A DNA stretch of 64,000 nucleotides from Trichoplax adhaerens (taxonomy: Eukaryota; Animalia; Placozoa): assembly GCF_000150275.1 (NCBI RefSeq), contig NW_002060946.1, forward strand, positions 7,235,855 through 7,299,854, in the 5' to 3' direction. Position numbers and translations under genes: made by a program. Shown piece by piece: positions 1 through 14,337 of the stretch. The notes beneath the pieces were generated by a model. It saw only the letters and a program-made list of their open reading frames with translations, ran no database searches and was not told the DNA's origin. Within the stretch, counting starts at the first letter, position 1; each line of letters opens with the position of its first letter.

Positions 1-1926
1 CTTCAAAAATTGCAGAGCATGGAATGGATCGTAGCGATAGTGCTGGAATTGGTGAAGAATATTAATTAATGATGCAAATAACAATCAATATTGTGTTAAG
101 TTCAGTATAATAGTAAGAAATAACCTACCTTCATAATGTAGCACAAGACAACTGTAGCACTTCTGCCACGTCCAGCTTTGCAATGGACATACACTGAACA
201 GCCATTTTTGTTCACATCATCAATGAAATTTATTGCCTCCTCTACTCGCTCTACACTAGGTGATTGGTAAAAGTCGACGGTACTTAGTCGGAGCTGCTTT
301 ACACCAAGCGCACCCCATTCCTGTAATAATAAAATAAAAATAAACAGTGTAAGGTTAATGCGTGATACTTACGCCTATATTCCTGCGATATGACAAACAA
401 ATTTCTAGACTATGTATTGTATACGCGTACAGCTGACTTATCCATTAAATACAATTCAACAAATCACCAAGTTGCTCAACTGTCAGTATCTATAAGGACT
501 AATATACTAATGCCATGGCCAATAGCGGTAAGACGTCAAATTCAAGCATAAATGAAGATAACTGCAGTGTATCTTTCTAGGCTAGATATAAACGTATCTA
601 GCTGATTGATTAAATATAATTCAATAAATCATCTTAGTTGCTCAGCTGTTGGTTTTTATAAGAGCTAATATAATAATATCGTGGTTGATAGTGGTTAGAT
701 ATGATACCGAAGCATAAATAAAGATAATTATATCTTTTTAGGGTAGGTGTGAGTGTATCTAGTTGATTTATTGAACGCAGTTCATTCAATCATCAAGTTG
801 CTCAACTGTCAGTACTGTACTTACGAGTATAAGAAACTAATATACTAATGTTGTGAATGGCAGTAGTTCCATGCATCGTGAAGCTTAAGTTAAGATAATC
901 AATGTAATTTAAAATTATGATCAAAATTGAATATACTAAGTAACTGAGTTTACAAAAGGCTATCCCAGTTGATAATTAATTTCAGCTTGATTGAATTATC
1001 AGAAAAATAAGGCTGTCATCAATTCAACAGTTTTTGTACTACTTGTATCTATACAGTATTTAGGGCAAGTCAGGCTTATATAGTGAAAGGACAGATCAAA
1101 TCATGATTAAATAACTTCATTTCCAATATTTGAATGCTATGCTTCATGTTTATTCTCTTTCGGTAGATGTTGTATCGATTGAACACTTATCATTCTACCT
1201 ATTGCATTCAGTATGAAAATTATGTAGGTACAATGCGAAATTTTAACAGAAGCCAACTTTTTAACCGTCCAATCTTATGACATGATTTCTGATGTCTCTT
1301 AAACGGCTATTACTGCCGTAGATATACAGCGAGCTAACACAAGTTTTGAAATAAAAACATCGAAAGCGCGGAGATTTACTCAACAGAGAGACAACATATC
1401 AGGTCCGAATTTTACCTGTTGATTAGGAGATACGAAGCGGGTTTCGTAATTCTCATTCATGGTAACCACACCTCGTACATTTTCTTGCTTTACCAACTGT
1501 AATTACGATCAATTTATCAATGAAACAGCAAGTACACTTACTCTTTGCCTTAGGATACGATTTACACGAGTAGAATTGGACACGTTAAAGGTGAAAGTAA
1601 TGCATGTAGGCCCATAGCTATTTATACAACTTCGAATATCAACTTAGGAATAATCGTCCATCATCATCTATAACATCACTAGTGAATCCAACAGTAAAAC
1701 TTTTATTCTAAGCTACTACTATCATTTCCAATCATTCTTCATGATAAATAAAGTTTTAGTTATACCGATTAAAGTTGCAAACCTCATTAGCATGACTGCG
1801 GAAAGGAAGTGCACCAATTAAGATATTTTCATCTACCCGATCATACCAACGTCTTGCATCACTTTTACGCGCAACATTCCAGATTAGCGTTGGATAGTAA
1901 AATAATCTTGCTTTCAACGGCTCCAT
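1..1926 (-). CDS. PTPMT1: Mitochondrial phosphatidylglycerophosphatase / dual-specificity phosphatase PTPMT1; 3' end runs off the window
   Basis: Exons 1926-1783, 1496-1416, 320-129 and 42-1 splice in frame with GT-AG. They give MEPLKARLFYYPTLIWNVARKSDARRWYDRVDENILIGALPF...LVKQENVRGVVTMNENYET...VYVHCKAGRGRSATVVLCYIMK. The WYDRxD and HCKAGRxRS motifs are typical of PTPMT1. Confidence 0.95.
420..900. repeat. Diverged ~165-bp tandem repeat (3 copies) in PTPMT1 intron 2
   Basis: The anchor GTTGCTCA recurs at 471, 637 and 797. Each is followed by similar CTAATATA and AAGATAA blocks. Confidence 0.75.
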
Positions 1927-4182
1927 CAATGGATTCGATCGGAAAGAGACTTATCCTGTATTAAATTAAATTAAAGCGGCTATAAATTGATTTGTAAAGA
2001 CTGCTCCACTAATCAGCGAGTAAGATAAGTTGGCCAGATGTGGATTTTGCGGTTGGAAGTGATGCAGGCTATACGATCAATAATTTATTCTATTTCATGC
2101 TAAGGCAATCCTAGGTCTTCAACGTTCTGGTTCATGATAGTAATCACTAGCATCACTTCATATGTTTCAGTGTGGTCAGTCTCTTTGTATCAGAATAAGC
2201 ATACAGCGATTTATTACTCAATGACTATAGAGTCCTATAGGGCGTTACAGTACCATTGTCTATTTTGTATGAGAGCGATCGCATCAAAATGGCTGTCTGC
2301 TCTCCAACGGTCTCTATCTCATTATTTAACCCACTCAATTTATAATGGTTGTGTATTTCTATCTCATTCCCAGCAATGGAATACAAACTGCTGATATACA
2401 CTAAGTTATTGAGTATGTTCACTATCCTTTTACAACGAATCGATGCTCAATGCCAATTGAATATCGGCAGTACCTTCTTATAAGCCTGCCTACAAGGTTA
2501 TTGCCCGCGCAGGAGGCATTTCAACGTTGTAGTTACGATGGAAATGATGGCTATAAAAGGATTTTAAATCGTAAGAAATCCATTTCTGGCTACATTGAAT
2601 ACGAAATTAGCATACATTAAGCTCTCCATACTATCTGATTCCAGATCCAATGGCAATGCACGCAATTAATATTTTACCTGGATAAATTGAATTCATGAAT
2701 AAATGATATTGAACACATGATATTCTTGGGGATTATGCAATTCCTGCGTCATGGATTTAGAAGCAACTAAAAATACGCGTACAATTGCATCTATTGCATT
2801 AAAAATTTCAAAAATACTGGATAGTGATAATTGAGCATCATAGGGGTAAAATATTTGTAAGCTCTTAATAAAAGCTGTTTCGATATGATGTATCCGTCAT
2901 TAAATAGTGTTTTTATTCAAATTTTACCTTAATTTAAATAACAGGATATTCAGTATCAGAATAGCACCTAGCCACTCCTAGTCAAGTGCTTGAAAATTGG
3001 AAAATGATAAGCATTGCTATAATATATACCCTTGTACAAAATAAATCGCAATCAAGGCAAGTAGCACTGCATTATCCAGTAATGCATAGTATTAAAAAAA
3101 GTATTAGTAGCGTTAATGATGATTCGGTAGAATAGACTTGATTCCGACTACAGTAGATTAATTAGGATACGCGTATTTTCAGTGCAAATTAATTATCTTC
3201 AAGAGAATCCGAATGTCATTTAAATGTCTAGATGGTCATTGTAAGAATAACTTAGCTACTTATAGTCAATTAATTGAAAATCGCAAAATGATTTGTACTA
3301 CTATTATAATTTAAATCCAAGCACAATATAAGCTGCAACCAACGGGGGCATACTGCATCACTCAATAACTTAAAAATATTAAAATGGCGTAATAGCATTT
3401 GCAATGTTGATGGTGATTCAATGAAACCGATTCGACTACGAATTTAGTACATTTAGGCACTAACTTTATTGACACAGCTACAACATCAATTTCTAAAGGT
3501 ACAAAATCTCTTAAACTAAGTCATTGAAATAAAAGTTATCATACTATACAGCGGTAGTTCTATAATAATTGCTACGGAAGAAGATCCATCATCATCATTA
3601 TTACTATCATTGTCAAAATTGCAGTTTTTATACTTGACCAATAGATCATAACCGTCCAGTGCATTCAAGCTCATCATCATTCACAGTATGGCATAAAATT
3701 ATAAGACAACATTTGTATGCTTATGTCTTGGCTAATGCAAATAATGTAATTATAGTCTAAAGATACCAAAAACTGTAGACAGTGATGGCGTTAAGCCTTT
3801 CATGTGAATACAGGATATCAGTTGCCATGGTAACTACCGTTATAATTTATAACTAGCACATTCTGGCGCTGTCCACCCATCAGATGTAGAGTAAAAAGGC
3901 TCTGGACCTGCTATACTTATAATTTGACTTCCATAAAAACGTAAGCATGATATAAAAACGCTCGAGATTATAATAATACTAGTCGTAGGATCGTTATTTC
4001 CCCTACATTGCATAGCTTATAGTAGTACGATATTGTTGCTTTCGCTATAATATTACTATAACAACTTTTAGGATAAATATTAACTGTAATTAATTTAGAA
4101 ACAAATTATAAATTAAAGAAAGTATTTTCATAGAGTCAATAATAGAAATAGTTCACCAATTGCAAATACATCCAGTTTGAAA

Positions 4183-6418
4183 ATGCCACCAAAACAAAAA
4201 CTACGAAAAGGGAGAAAGAAAAAGAAAGGTAAGATGATGACTAGAAATTTACTTACATACAATAGCATGTTGTAAATTGTTCAATGGTATCATTGATGAA
4301 TTCAAATAGCAAGTTGAAATTGAATGCATAAAAATGCCTCACAATTTACGATATATTCGTACCTAGGTGTAGGCTGTATCGCATTTGAATGTATTTTACA
4401 ACAGTATATTGCAATAATTGAAATCATTTTAATTATTATACAGCATAAATTAACAATTTTAAATGTCCGGCCATTAATTGTTACGCCTTTAATAAGAAAA
4501 CCAAGTTGTTTGTCAAAAATAACTTACGACGTACTCGCATATATATGCCGATTATGTCGTACATTAATGCTTTTATAACAATATGGCACGACAATTAAAA
4601 CATGTTCTCTTATTATTGATTTCTTAAACTTGCAGCATGGAATAACAACTCTTATACATTAGGCTATTAACTATCAAATCTTTATCAGGAGGAAAAAAGA
4701 GTTCACTGTATAAATGTAATTCTTAGTCTTTTTTAAAACTAAGAAATCATTAATTTCTATTCTACAAGAACGTCTTATAGCGAATAGGCAAAAGACCTGT
4801 TTAACGTCAACATGATAGATTCGAGCACATGTTAATGCGTTGTATCTCACATTTACAAATTGGTAGAATACAAGTCTTCTGAGTTTACAATTTTAATTTA
4901 AAAATGTCATTGTCGATTTAATTAATGTTGCATTTATTGGTAATTTTTAGCGAGTTAATAATTTCACTAAGTGAGACTGTAACATCGCAATTAGCTATTA
5001 TCATACTACTGTAGTTTATGGCTAATACAGTATGTTATTAAATTTACTCTAGACGATGGGTTGAACATTGAAGAAAAATATAAGAAAACATTAAAAGAAA
5101 TTGAGATGCTAAAGATTCGTTTGGGTAATTTTCATACAAGATGAAATGTTGCGATAAGAACCTTTTTACAATTCAATGCAGTCTTTGATACCATTCATTC
5201 TTAATTAATATAGAAGCAGTGTAATAATAAACTTCTGTTTTATCAACAAAGAATTCTAGTATACATTGCAACTCAATCCCTTCAATACAAATTAGGCCTA
5301 CCTTTTTAGTCAATATTATTGGCTATTTATTTAAATGTATTCATATTGCAAATATCTAGTTAGCCATCATGAGATAACTCGTCGTGCCAAAGAAGCATCC
5401 GATATTTGGAAGGTTAAAATGCGATCAGCTGAAGATGACATAGAAGAAGAAAAGAAAACAAAATTAGACTTAACATCAGGTAATATGATCAATCTAATAT
5501 AAGCTAATGCCAATTCAACAGAGAGTCTAGTTTATCCTCCTACTAAGGTGCTAGCTAGTTATCTTATTTTGTGTCTAGCTAAAAGCATACCTGTAACTTT
5601 TAAATTTGAATTTAGACTTGGCTAGGCAATACAAAACTATGCAAATGGAAATGGCCCTTAAGATTCATTCTTTAGAATCTACTGTAGCTAACCTTAACGA
5701 AAAGATTTGTAAGTATAGCCTCACTGAGTTATGGCAATGTAGCCGATATTTTCGGTAGTAGTTAATGAGCAGAATGCATATTATTTTCCAAGCTGCCACA
5801 GTATTTTTATATTAATATCTGTTGTTGTATTTACTGTTATATCATGATGATAATTTGAAATTCAGTAAAACTTTGTGTTCAATAAATTCTTATAATGATA
5901 GCGGCTCTTAAATTTATTCTCACTAGCTGCTTTGATACAAGGCTGGTTAAGATAGGAAATTGAGTAGATACCATTTCCTAAATGATATAGGTATAAATTT
6001 ATCATTTACTTACATCAAAATCGCTATTATCATAGATAAGTTAGAAGAAGAGTTAAAATCAACTAAAAGTGACAAAGATGAAATTATACGTCAAAAAAAT
6101 TTCACCATTCAAGAATTACAGCTTAGGATCGATGATATGGAAGCTACATATGAAGCTATAGTTAATGTAGGTGATATCATTTCTTCCTGTGAGGATAAGA
6201 CAATAATCTTTACAGAATAAGGTGTACTATGGTTCACTTTATTACTGTCTAAAGTAATATAATATCATTTAAATTCATATCCATTATAGGAAGCTCTTGA
6301 CGATTTATCTGAAGAGGTTGATACCTCTCGAGCAAGATGGGAAAAGCAAGCATCGTTGTTGGAACTAGAAAATAGGCAAGCTCTAATGGAATTTGGATTA
6401 AATCCTGGCGATTTATAA
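4183..6418 (+). CDS. CCDC153: Coiled-coil protein CCDC153 (dynein regulatory complex subunit DRC12)
   Basis: Six exons (4183-4228, 5053-5124, 5360-5479, 5616-5708, 6036-6166, 6290-6418) splice in frame. They give MPPKQKLRKGRKKKK...TRRAKEAS...DLARQYKTMQMEM...RIDDMEATYEAIVNEALDDL...RWE...LMEFGLNPGDL*, matching the family layout (MPPK basic start, DMEAxYE, FGLxP end). Confidence 0.85.
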
Positions 6419-7250
6419 TGCTCTTATCAAATTTCTATTGGATATATGTTTTTAATTTCTAAAATTTATTTAAAATGGTCTAGTAAACATTTATAATTTT
6501 CTTTTCAAATGTGCTTGAGTTATGGTTTGAATACATCGTATTAAATACTAGTATTAGATCCTACAAATTTGAAAATTGATAAATTGTAAACGTTAACTTG
6601 CAATGCCTGATTATTATAATTTATTTACCTACGTCCCTTACAATTGAGAAATGGCGTGAATTGATCATGAAAACGGTCGTGAGCTGGAGATTATACTGGT
6701 GAACTATTCAATGCCAAATATGAAATTATCACTTCTGACAATGAATAACCTTTTTAGTTTTATTAAATTTTAAAATTGGATTAATAGTTTTACAACAATG
6801 ATATTAATTATAAAAGATGTTGGTGTATATTTATGATTAGTACGACGACAGCTAGAAAGATCTTTATGAAGAATAAAACTGTATATAGACTGCAATCGAT
6901 AGGATCATTCAATTTCTATAAGTTCTGATTACTTGCAGATTGAAATAAAACTAGTAACGTATTATACAAAATGAAAGAGTAATGACAGAAAGGCTAAAGT
7001 TAGCATAGCAATTTCTTCTAAAAGAAATAATAATGGTCATAACCAATCAACTAGAATAGGTACATTGCTAGTATAACAGGGAATGCTTCTAGTTACAGCG
7101 CGATGGTTAAGGTACATAAATATTACATAACTTGGACATAAAGATATAGGTATATTACAGTAAGAGTTTAATAGTAATTTAATGAAGAAACCATGACTAT
7201 AAAAGTTTTCAATATAATATCAGGTGTATTTTATGATCGTCATATTTTGC

Positions 7251-8322
7251 TTAATAAGATAATTTCTTGATAAGTAAATAAACATGATTATCTACAGAGA
7301 ATCCTTGTAAGTTGTTAGGGTCTCCTTGCAATCTCATCAGTAAACCTCCATAAGATATATAGACAGCTCTGTCAATGAGATAAATAACAATATCAATACG
7401 TTGAAGGATAGATTGTATCCAGTATGCATGAAAGAATATTATTTCTCGTCCAAGATGGATAATATAACTTGATCGACTTACATTTTGGCTGAGTCTTCAT
7501 CACCTTCTAATCGATAGATTTTACCGTACATTACGTATTCAAAATTATCGGCTTTATTCGAGCCGTTAACACCAAGGGGGTTATATTCGCCATCATCAGC
7601 AATGCCATCCTCTCGTAGTGTTGATGCTAACATTAGTCTAAACTTATCACCGTCTTCAACAGGATATAATTGGGAGTTAATATCCAAGATGAGCTCCATT
7701 TTAAAGCTTTCACTATCGCAAATTAATCTTGACACTGAAATGGAATAGCATCACCAACAGTCAGAAGCAAGCCATATGAGAACAAGAAAACAATGAAAGA
7801 TTGGATCATTCTTATCGATATCAAGCTCAATGAGTTGTAAAAGCGAGCTATACGTTGAAGTACAAATGATTGTAGTTTGTAAATTAGCGAAATTGACCAT
7901 ACCACTACTGCTGTAATTGAAGGATAGATAACTCGAGTAGAAAGTTTTCTTCGAGTTATCCATGTCAAAGGTTCCATCTCCATACTACGATGGTATTTTA
8001 TCACTTGTACTAAGTCATAGAAAACAAGAAGTAGATCGAAATCATGTCTAATCCTACTCATCCACAACATGGACGACTATCTTTCATTCTCCATCACCTA
8101 GCGATGCTATTGTCTCTAGTCAAGTACAGTCATGTTGAATGACTGATGTCTGTCTCTTATTACTCATGAAACTACACTGTAAAAATACGCTTATTCATTT
8201 GAGATGAAATAAGGTCATAACAGATAGATCAATTAATAATGTAGCATACCGCGATGAAATTTCTTGCCATCAGGATCGATATCTTTGACATCGAATATAT
8301 CTTCGAAGAGGACGCCAGCCAT
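7251..8322 (-). CDS. POLR2H: RNA polymerases I/II/III common subunit RPABC3 (RPB8)
   Basis: Exons 8322-8250, 7734-7482 and 7368-7251 give [49 protein letters not shown]...[16 protein letters not shown]...[21 protein letters not shown], including the invariant GGLLM motif. Confidence 0.98.
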
Positions 8323-8552
8323 TTTCACCTTCTCCAGCCACGATCCAAGGCAGTCTAAGGGTAAGCGGTGTTTCACAGTGGGCGCAAATAGTGGAATAGA
8401 CCAGCATGGCGCGGCTACTTGGCGGTGTACCTCGTACAAGCTGTAGCCATGCAGACAGCATCCCATAGAATTCCTATTATTTTCCCCTCCAGTCCTGTAC
8501 CTTGTACTGTCCTGTCTATCTGTCGGTAACTTGTAGGCTAGCTGCTAGCACC

Positions 8553-8558
8553 CACGTG
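8553..8558. promoter_or_regulatory. E-box CACGTG upstream of POLR2H, with an inverted CCAAT (ATTGG) ~15 bp away
   Basis: CCCACGTGGT at 8551-8560, ~230 bp upstream of the POLR2H ATG. Motif match only. Confidence 0.3.
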
Positions 8559-8973
8559 GTACACTAGTACCGATTGGCGTACAGTACAGTACAACACTGT
8601 ACACTGTACAGTAGTACTGTGCAGTCCCGTAAGCTCATTGGACAGTACAGTATAGCGAATTGACTGTTCTACAAACTTGTGATTATAATGCGTTGTAAGT
8701 GTCAACGGCGTACGCATATAAGCCGCCACTTTTCAATACATTAAAAGGAGAGCAGAGTTAGCAATTAGTTTTACAATAACTTCAACTACGTCTTCAATTT
8801 CTTGTCTCAATGCTAAGTGAGAGTAGTACGAACTTTCAATACAGTGGTCAGTATTAGCACGAGATACAGTAACACACAACACTGTACCGTACAATACAGT
8901 ACAGTGGAGTCAAAATACTATACTATCCACTATAGTACAGTACTGTATAGTGCTGTACCTACCGTATATTCTC

Positions 8974-9450
8974 CACAGACTGTACACTGTACACTGTACA
9001 GGACTGTCGACAGCCATGCAGTCCTGTTCTATTTACAGTACATACTGTAGTACCATGAGGCACAGTCCTGAATAGCGCTCACTGTACTGTACACTGTACA
9101 CTGTATTGGACTGTCGACACTCGACACTCGTGCAGTCTTGTTCTATTTACAGTATATAGTACGATGGCGCACAGTCCTGAACAGCACTCACTGTACACTG
9201 TACACTGTACTGGACTGTCGACAGTCATGCAGTCCTGTTCTATTTACAGTACAGCACATACAGTACAGTACTGTATTACCATGACGCACAGTCCTGAACA
9301 ACATTCACTGTACACTGTACACTGTACTGTACTGGACTATCGACAGTTCATGCAGTCCTGTTCTACTTACAGTACATAGTACCATGACCCACAGTCCTAA
9401 ACAGCGCTCACTGTACACTGTACACTGTACCGTACTGGACTGCAGTTACT
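8974..9450. repeat. ~110-bp minisatellite (about 4.5 copies) rich in ACTGTAC/TACAGT, in the POLR2H/CCDC191 divergent region
   Basis: CACAGTCCT recurs at 9061, 9170, 9287 and 9390. Most copies are followed by CACTGTACACTGTA...GGACT(G/A)TCGACA...TGCAGTC. Related low-complexity tracts lie at 8577-8650 and 8866-8960. Confidence 0.92.
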
Positions 9451-9615
9451 GTAGCAACATACCCATCCAAATCGGTTTCAAACGGCCTACCGAAGATGGC
9501 GCAATCTGCAACTTTGCAATCGACAGTCAATATCCAGATGTACACATATTATTATTAATGACCATTGGTAAGGTAATAACAGAAGCTCCGTGATAGAAAT
9601 CAATAGCTAAGAAGG

Positions 9616-12600
9616 ATGGCTGAAAGTGGTAATTCCAGTCTTTTCCGATGGAGGAGAATCAATCAACCTGCAAAGGTTCGACCTTGATATATCAACAATC
9701 GATCATGTTATGAATACGCGTATGCGTACGCTACAATATCAACAACATGCAGCCAATCAATTGATCAATTATCCTAATACAGTTCTAATTCGATTTGATA
9801 TAGGCTGGGAGTAAATATAAAACTAGCTATACGGAAAATGATCATTTGGATGAATTAATTCAGGTAAGATAGAGTTCAAAAAATAGTCGCTATTCGAGTA
9901 GACACATGGACAATCAGGTAGAACTATAGCGCAAGATAGTTGGACTCTATTCCTTCTTCATGACAATGAATTACAATCATCTTTATGCCGTAGTAAATTT
10001 GATCATAACAAATACTATCAGTATTAGTCATAAAATAAGGTATTAAAACTATACTGTGCTCCTCTCTTGTCACCAGGAAGTAAATAATCAAATCGATCCT
10101 AGTCTATTCGCACATGTAACCGGTCATGCTGATTTATCCGCCTATGATTATATACAAGACGACGATTCAGCTCAAGCTGAAGGTTTGTTCGAAGGCTTAT
10201 CCAGCAATACGTGATAGCATAAATTCCAATCAAATATTGTCACATATCAAATGGCTACTCAATCAATAGCCTACAGCGAATGAACGTTATTCATCAACAA
10301 ATCAAACTATTTCCTTCAATCTTGACTATTGTACTTCTATCGTTGTTGAATAATTGAAACGCTATCATAATATTATAATTATTATCAATTGCCTTTAGCT
10401 AAAGAAATTCTAGATAATTGGATGAATGAAAAATTTACTGGTGATATGCCTATTGTAGATGAAGATTATTCTCATATCGATCAAGGTAATGGATTAGTAA
10501 AATTATCTCCTTTTTTCTATGTACTGTATATTGAATACTAAATCAATGATAGAGAGTTAACTGTAACTCGAAAATAGCTGTAGACACATGGATCAAAGCG
10601 ATCATTTTTTTTATCCATTTTTGCGTCTAAATAAACACTAGATTCTTATGATGTTGGCTTTCCGTTAGTGGGAGATGATCTTGACGAGACAGTTGCTGTA
10701 CAAAAGGTATTGGATGAGCTATTGAAGAAACCTCTGCAAGGTAAAGCTTTCCGAGACTTAGGATTAGAAACCCATAAAAAAACAAATAATCCTAAAACAA
10801 GAATGGAGATTCGACAACAACAGGTCAGAAAATGTAATAGATATAATTACGTACTACTGTCTCTTCTATGCTATGAATAAATTACTGTATGCTAAAATGG
10901 AAGCTAAGGCTCTTTCAAACAAGTCGGTTGATAATTATTTATTGATATTATATCGAAGATGAAGCAAAAATGGGAAGCACGTAGACAGAAAGAAGCTAAA
11001 GCAAAGCAGTTAATTACCAAGCGTCAGGAAGCTACAAAGGAAGCTAAAAAAATAGTAGATCACGAAGAAAAGCATAAGCTTGCCCGTGCTAGACGAGAAG
11101 AACAAGAAATTAATCGTGAAATGGTACGTATACGGAAACTAATGGCAGAGCAAGCGCGCGCAGAGCAAGAACAACGAGAAAGGTAAAACCGCACTGTATG
11201 ACACTTTATAGTACACTAGCACAAATGTTAAATTACAATCATTACCAAGATTACATTCACATTTATATTTACTTATTATAACCGCCTAGAATTACTATAG
11301 TAATTAGTAAAAACCTTGTACAGACGGCTTATTCTGAGAGCAAAATTACCTTTGGGTAAGGTTTATGAAACTACGAGATTTTTCAATCTTATACTGTTAG
11401 GGAGGAATTTATGCGTATGGAAGCAGAAAGTAGGGCTAAACAAGATATTGAAAGTAGTAACACGATGAGGCTTGAAATCGATAGAGAGCAACGCAGGAAG
11501 GAGCAACAAGAATTAGACAAAAGGAGAAGATTGCTTAAAATTAAAGAAATGCATGCTAAGCGTAATTTAATGGTAACTAAATTGACAATGAAAATGGTAA
11601 TTATCTATTTTTGCGTTAACCTTCATTTTTATCTACTGGTAGCTTTTACGTAGGCATTTCTCCGCTTGGTATACAATTTTGGCTGAAAAGCATCTTAAAA
11701 TTGGTAAAATCAGAGCAATAATGGACTTTAAATTCAAGTTGAAAGTCTGGAATGCGTGGCGATCTTACGTTCGCAATACTAACGCTGAACGAGAGACGTA
11801 TGCATTTCAAAAATCTATGAGAAAGGTCATCCGGTTAGTGAGGATTTTCATTATTCGTTATTGTGTAAATATTTATAATTATAGTATACCTTATCTTTAA
11901 TATCTAAGATAGATTTTTCATATCATTAATTTAAATCCTTGTTTATGCTAATTATTAGAAACGAACAAATTGCAATCGAACATTGGCGAATTAATGTATT
12001 ACAGCAATGCTTCATGGCTTGGTATCATTGGAGTCGGACAGCATTACAGCAACGAATGGAAGAAATGCAACATAGAGTCAAAAAGAAAAAGATGGCGGCG
12101 TTTTTAGAAGCTGCTGCTACTGGAAAATTATGGAATAAGGATGAACCTACAGGAAAGCAGGCTAAAAGTATTCCTTCTGCAAATGTTGCTGATGATGACA
12201 TGAGATACGAAATTGCTAGTGTCATTGAAGGAAAATTAACATCTGTAAGGCTAGAAATTATACTTATGTGTAATTTATAATTGAGACCGGATCAAACACA
12301 CCCACGAGTGAACGTTACCTTTTACAGAGGATATAATATTTGTTTTTATTGTTGATAAAATTTAGGGTAAATCAAATATTGCGCATACAGAATCCAAGCA
12401 CAGAAAAAATCAAGTTAAAATAGATCACAACGTCGGTCAGGACCAAGGCCCAAAATCTGCTTGGAGTAAAAGTAAAATTTCTAAATCATATGGCCAGAAA
12501 AGTTCTGTATACAGTTCTAAACCTAAAAGCAGGCCTCAAGAAAAGACAAATATCGAAGAATATGATGATGGTACAAGACCTTTCTTTAGCAAAGCAACAA

Positions 12601-14337
12601 AATCATCAAAATCAACGAAATCGCCGAGATATGATGAAATAAAGATTGAGAATATTGATGCAGAAGCCTATTCTGAATTTAACGAAGAAGTAAATGATAT
12701 TAACGATGCTGTTTTGGACGATACGAACAGTGAAACTTATCTACCAAACTCTCGTCGTTCGATTCAAGATGATACAGTCAATAAAACGGAAAGAGAAGAT
12801 GTGAAGAGCAACCCCAATATTGAGTTAAACGATGACAAGGCCACAATTAGTAATCTACCCTCTAATTTACCTACTGTTGGTGAAAAAGTAAATTATAAGC
12901 ATATATCGCGGGATACTGCTATAGTTAAAAAAAATCATCGTATTATAAAAGCACCGGGAATGTCAGGTAAACTTATGTATGCTACATCTACTTTAGTTGA
13001 TCGTATAACGGGCTGAAAATTTATCTTCTCTTTTCCATTGTAAAGCTATGGAGAAAAGAGCCAGAGAACGAGAGGAGCGTAAAAGAATTCTAGAGGAGAA
13101 AAAAAGAATGCAAGACGAGGAACGATTGGTATGGCTATAAAAATTTTAAAATTTTAATAGTCATGCATCGTGGCAATATCAGAATATGGTTACATATAAA
13201 CGTATAACTATTTTGATTATTTTCAGACTAAAATTAAACTAGAAGAAGAGCAACGACGCTTGCAAGAATATGCAGCAAAACAAACAAGAATTGAGAAATT
13301 GAAAGACGAGAAGAGACAAACTAAACAGGTAAGCAGGATATTGTACACTATACGAGTATGTATTGCTAACAAATGATGTGCTACCATAATTTTTCTATCA
13401 TTTCTTTACATTTACTGTTTTATGAAGATATAAATTTACTGTATATTTGTCTTAATCTTCTTCCAAATGTTATATTATGTAATAACGATAGAGAGAAATT
13501 GAGAAACAGCAACGAATTGAACATATGGCTAAAATTAATTATCAAGCAGAATTATTCCGTTATCGTTTATTATTAACCAAATACGGTGTAGATCCAATGA
13601 AAAAATTGGTGAAGATGACGAAAAGAAACCTCGATTTAGCAGCTCAGCATGACATGCAGCGAATTAAGAAGTTTACTTTAATAGCTTGGCATAAAGTAGC
13701 AGAAATAGCAAGACTACAAAAGGAGGCAGTTGCTGATGATTTTTACTGTATGATTATTACTCGAAAGTATCATAAGTTATGGATTCAAGTAAGTCTCTTG
13801 CTTTATATCTGTATAATGCTTGAAAAAATTATTTGACATACTGTATTCTTGATATACTCACATTCGTCATACCCAGATTATTTCGATCGATCTTAGTTTT
13901 ACATATATATTTTTTTAATAGTATGTTAAAGAGGCGAGAAATCAATACGTTATTGCTCAAGAACACAATCAGAAGAGATTATTACAGTTATATATGCAGA
14001 AATGGAAGAAATTCACTCATGAAGAAGTCTTGTTCTATTGGGAAAAAGACAGAAGGGCGAAGAAGCATGATCAACGGTAGCAATTTCTTAAATATAGTGT
14101 TACAACTTTTTCTATAAACGTCCTGTAAGTTAGCTTACTATCCTATTAATTGATCAATTTAGGAGATTGAAACTAGCCATGTTAAAAAATTGGCGAGAGT
14201 TTGTGCCCTTACACAGGAAAGAGAAAGAAAAGAATAGAAGAAAAGAAGAATTGAGAAGAAAAGTGACAAATTGGCTGCCAGATTTTTCTTGGACGAATAA
14301 ATCGGACGATGAACAACCAAATGAAGAAAATAATTAA
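9616..14337 (+). CDS. CCDC191: Coiled-coil domain-containing protein 191 (KIAA1407-like)
   Basis: About 15 GT-AG exons give MAESGNSSLFRWRRINQPAK...AEAKEILDNWMNEK...VQKVLDELLKK...DLGLETHKKTNNPKTRMEIRQQQ...EEQEINREMVRIRK...RHFSAWY...KLKVWNAWRSY...KKMAAFLEAAATGKL...LRRKVTNWLPDF. This is colinear with recalled human CCDC191. Confidence 0.88.

Noticed and set aside
160-190. PTPMT1 P-loop HCKAGRGRS rather than human HCKAGRSRS
   Set aside because: The CX5R motif is intact and this position is variable in the family.
2134-2422. Overlapping short ORFs on both strands between PTPMT1 and CCDC153
   Set aside because: No recognisable domain or convincing splice structure, and flanking frames contain stops. 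A decayed gene fragment cannot be excluded.
8974-9450. Regularly spaced repeats resembling a CRISPR array
   Set aside because: The sequence between anchors is itself repeated (no unique spacers), there are no cas genes, and the context is eukaryotic.
8817-9593. ORFs with TVHCT/YSTV repeats
   Set aside because: They are translations of the ACTGTAC minisatellite.
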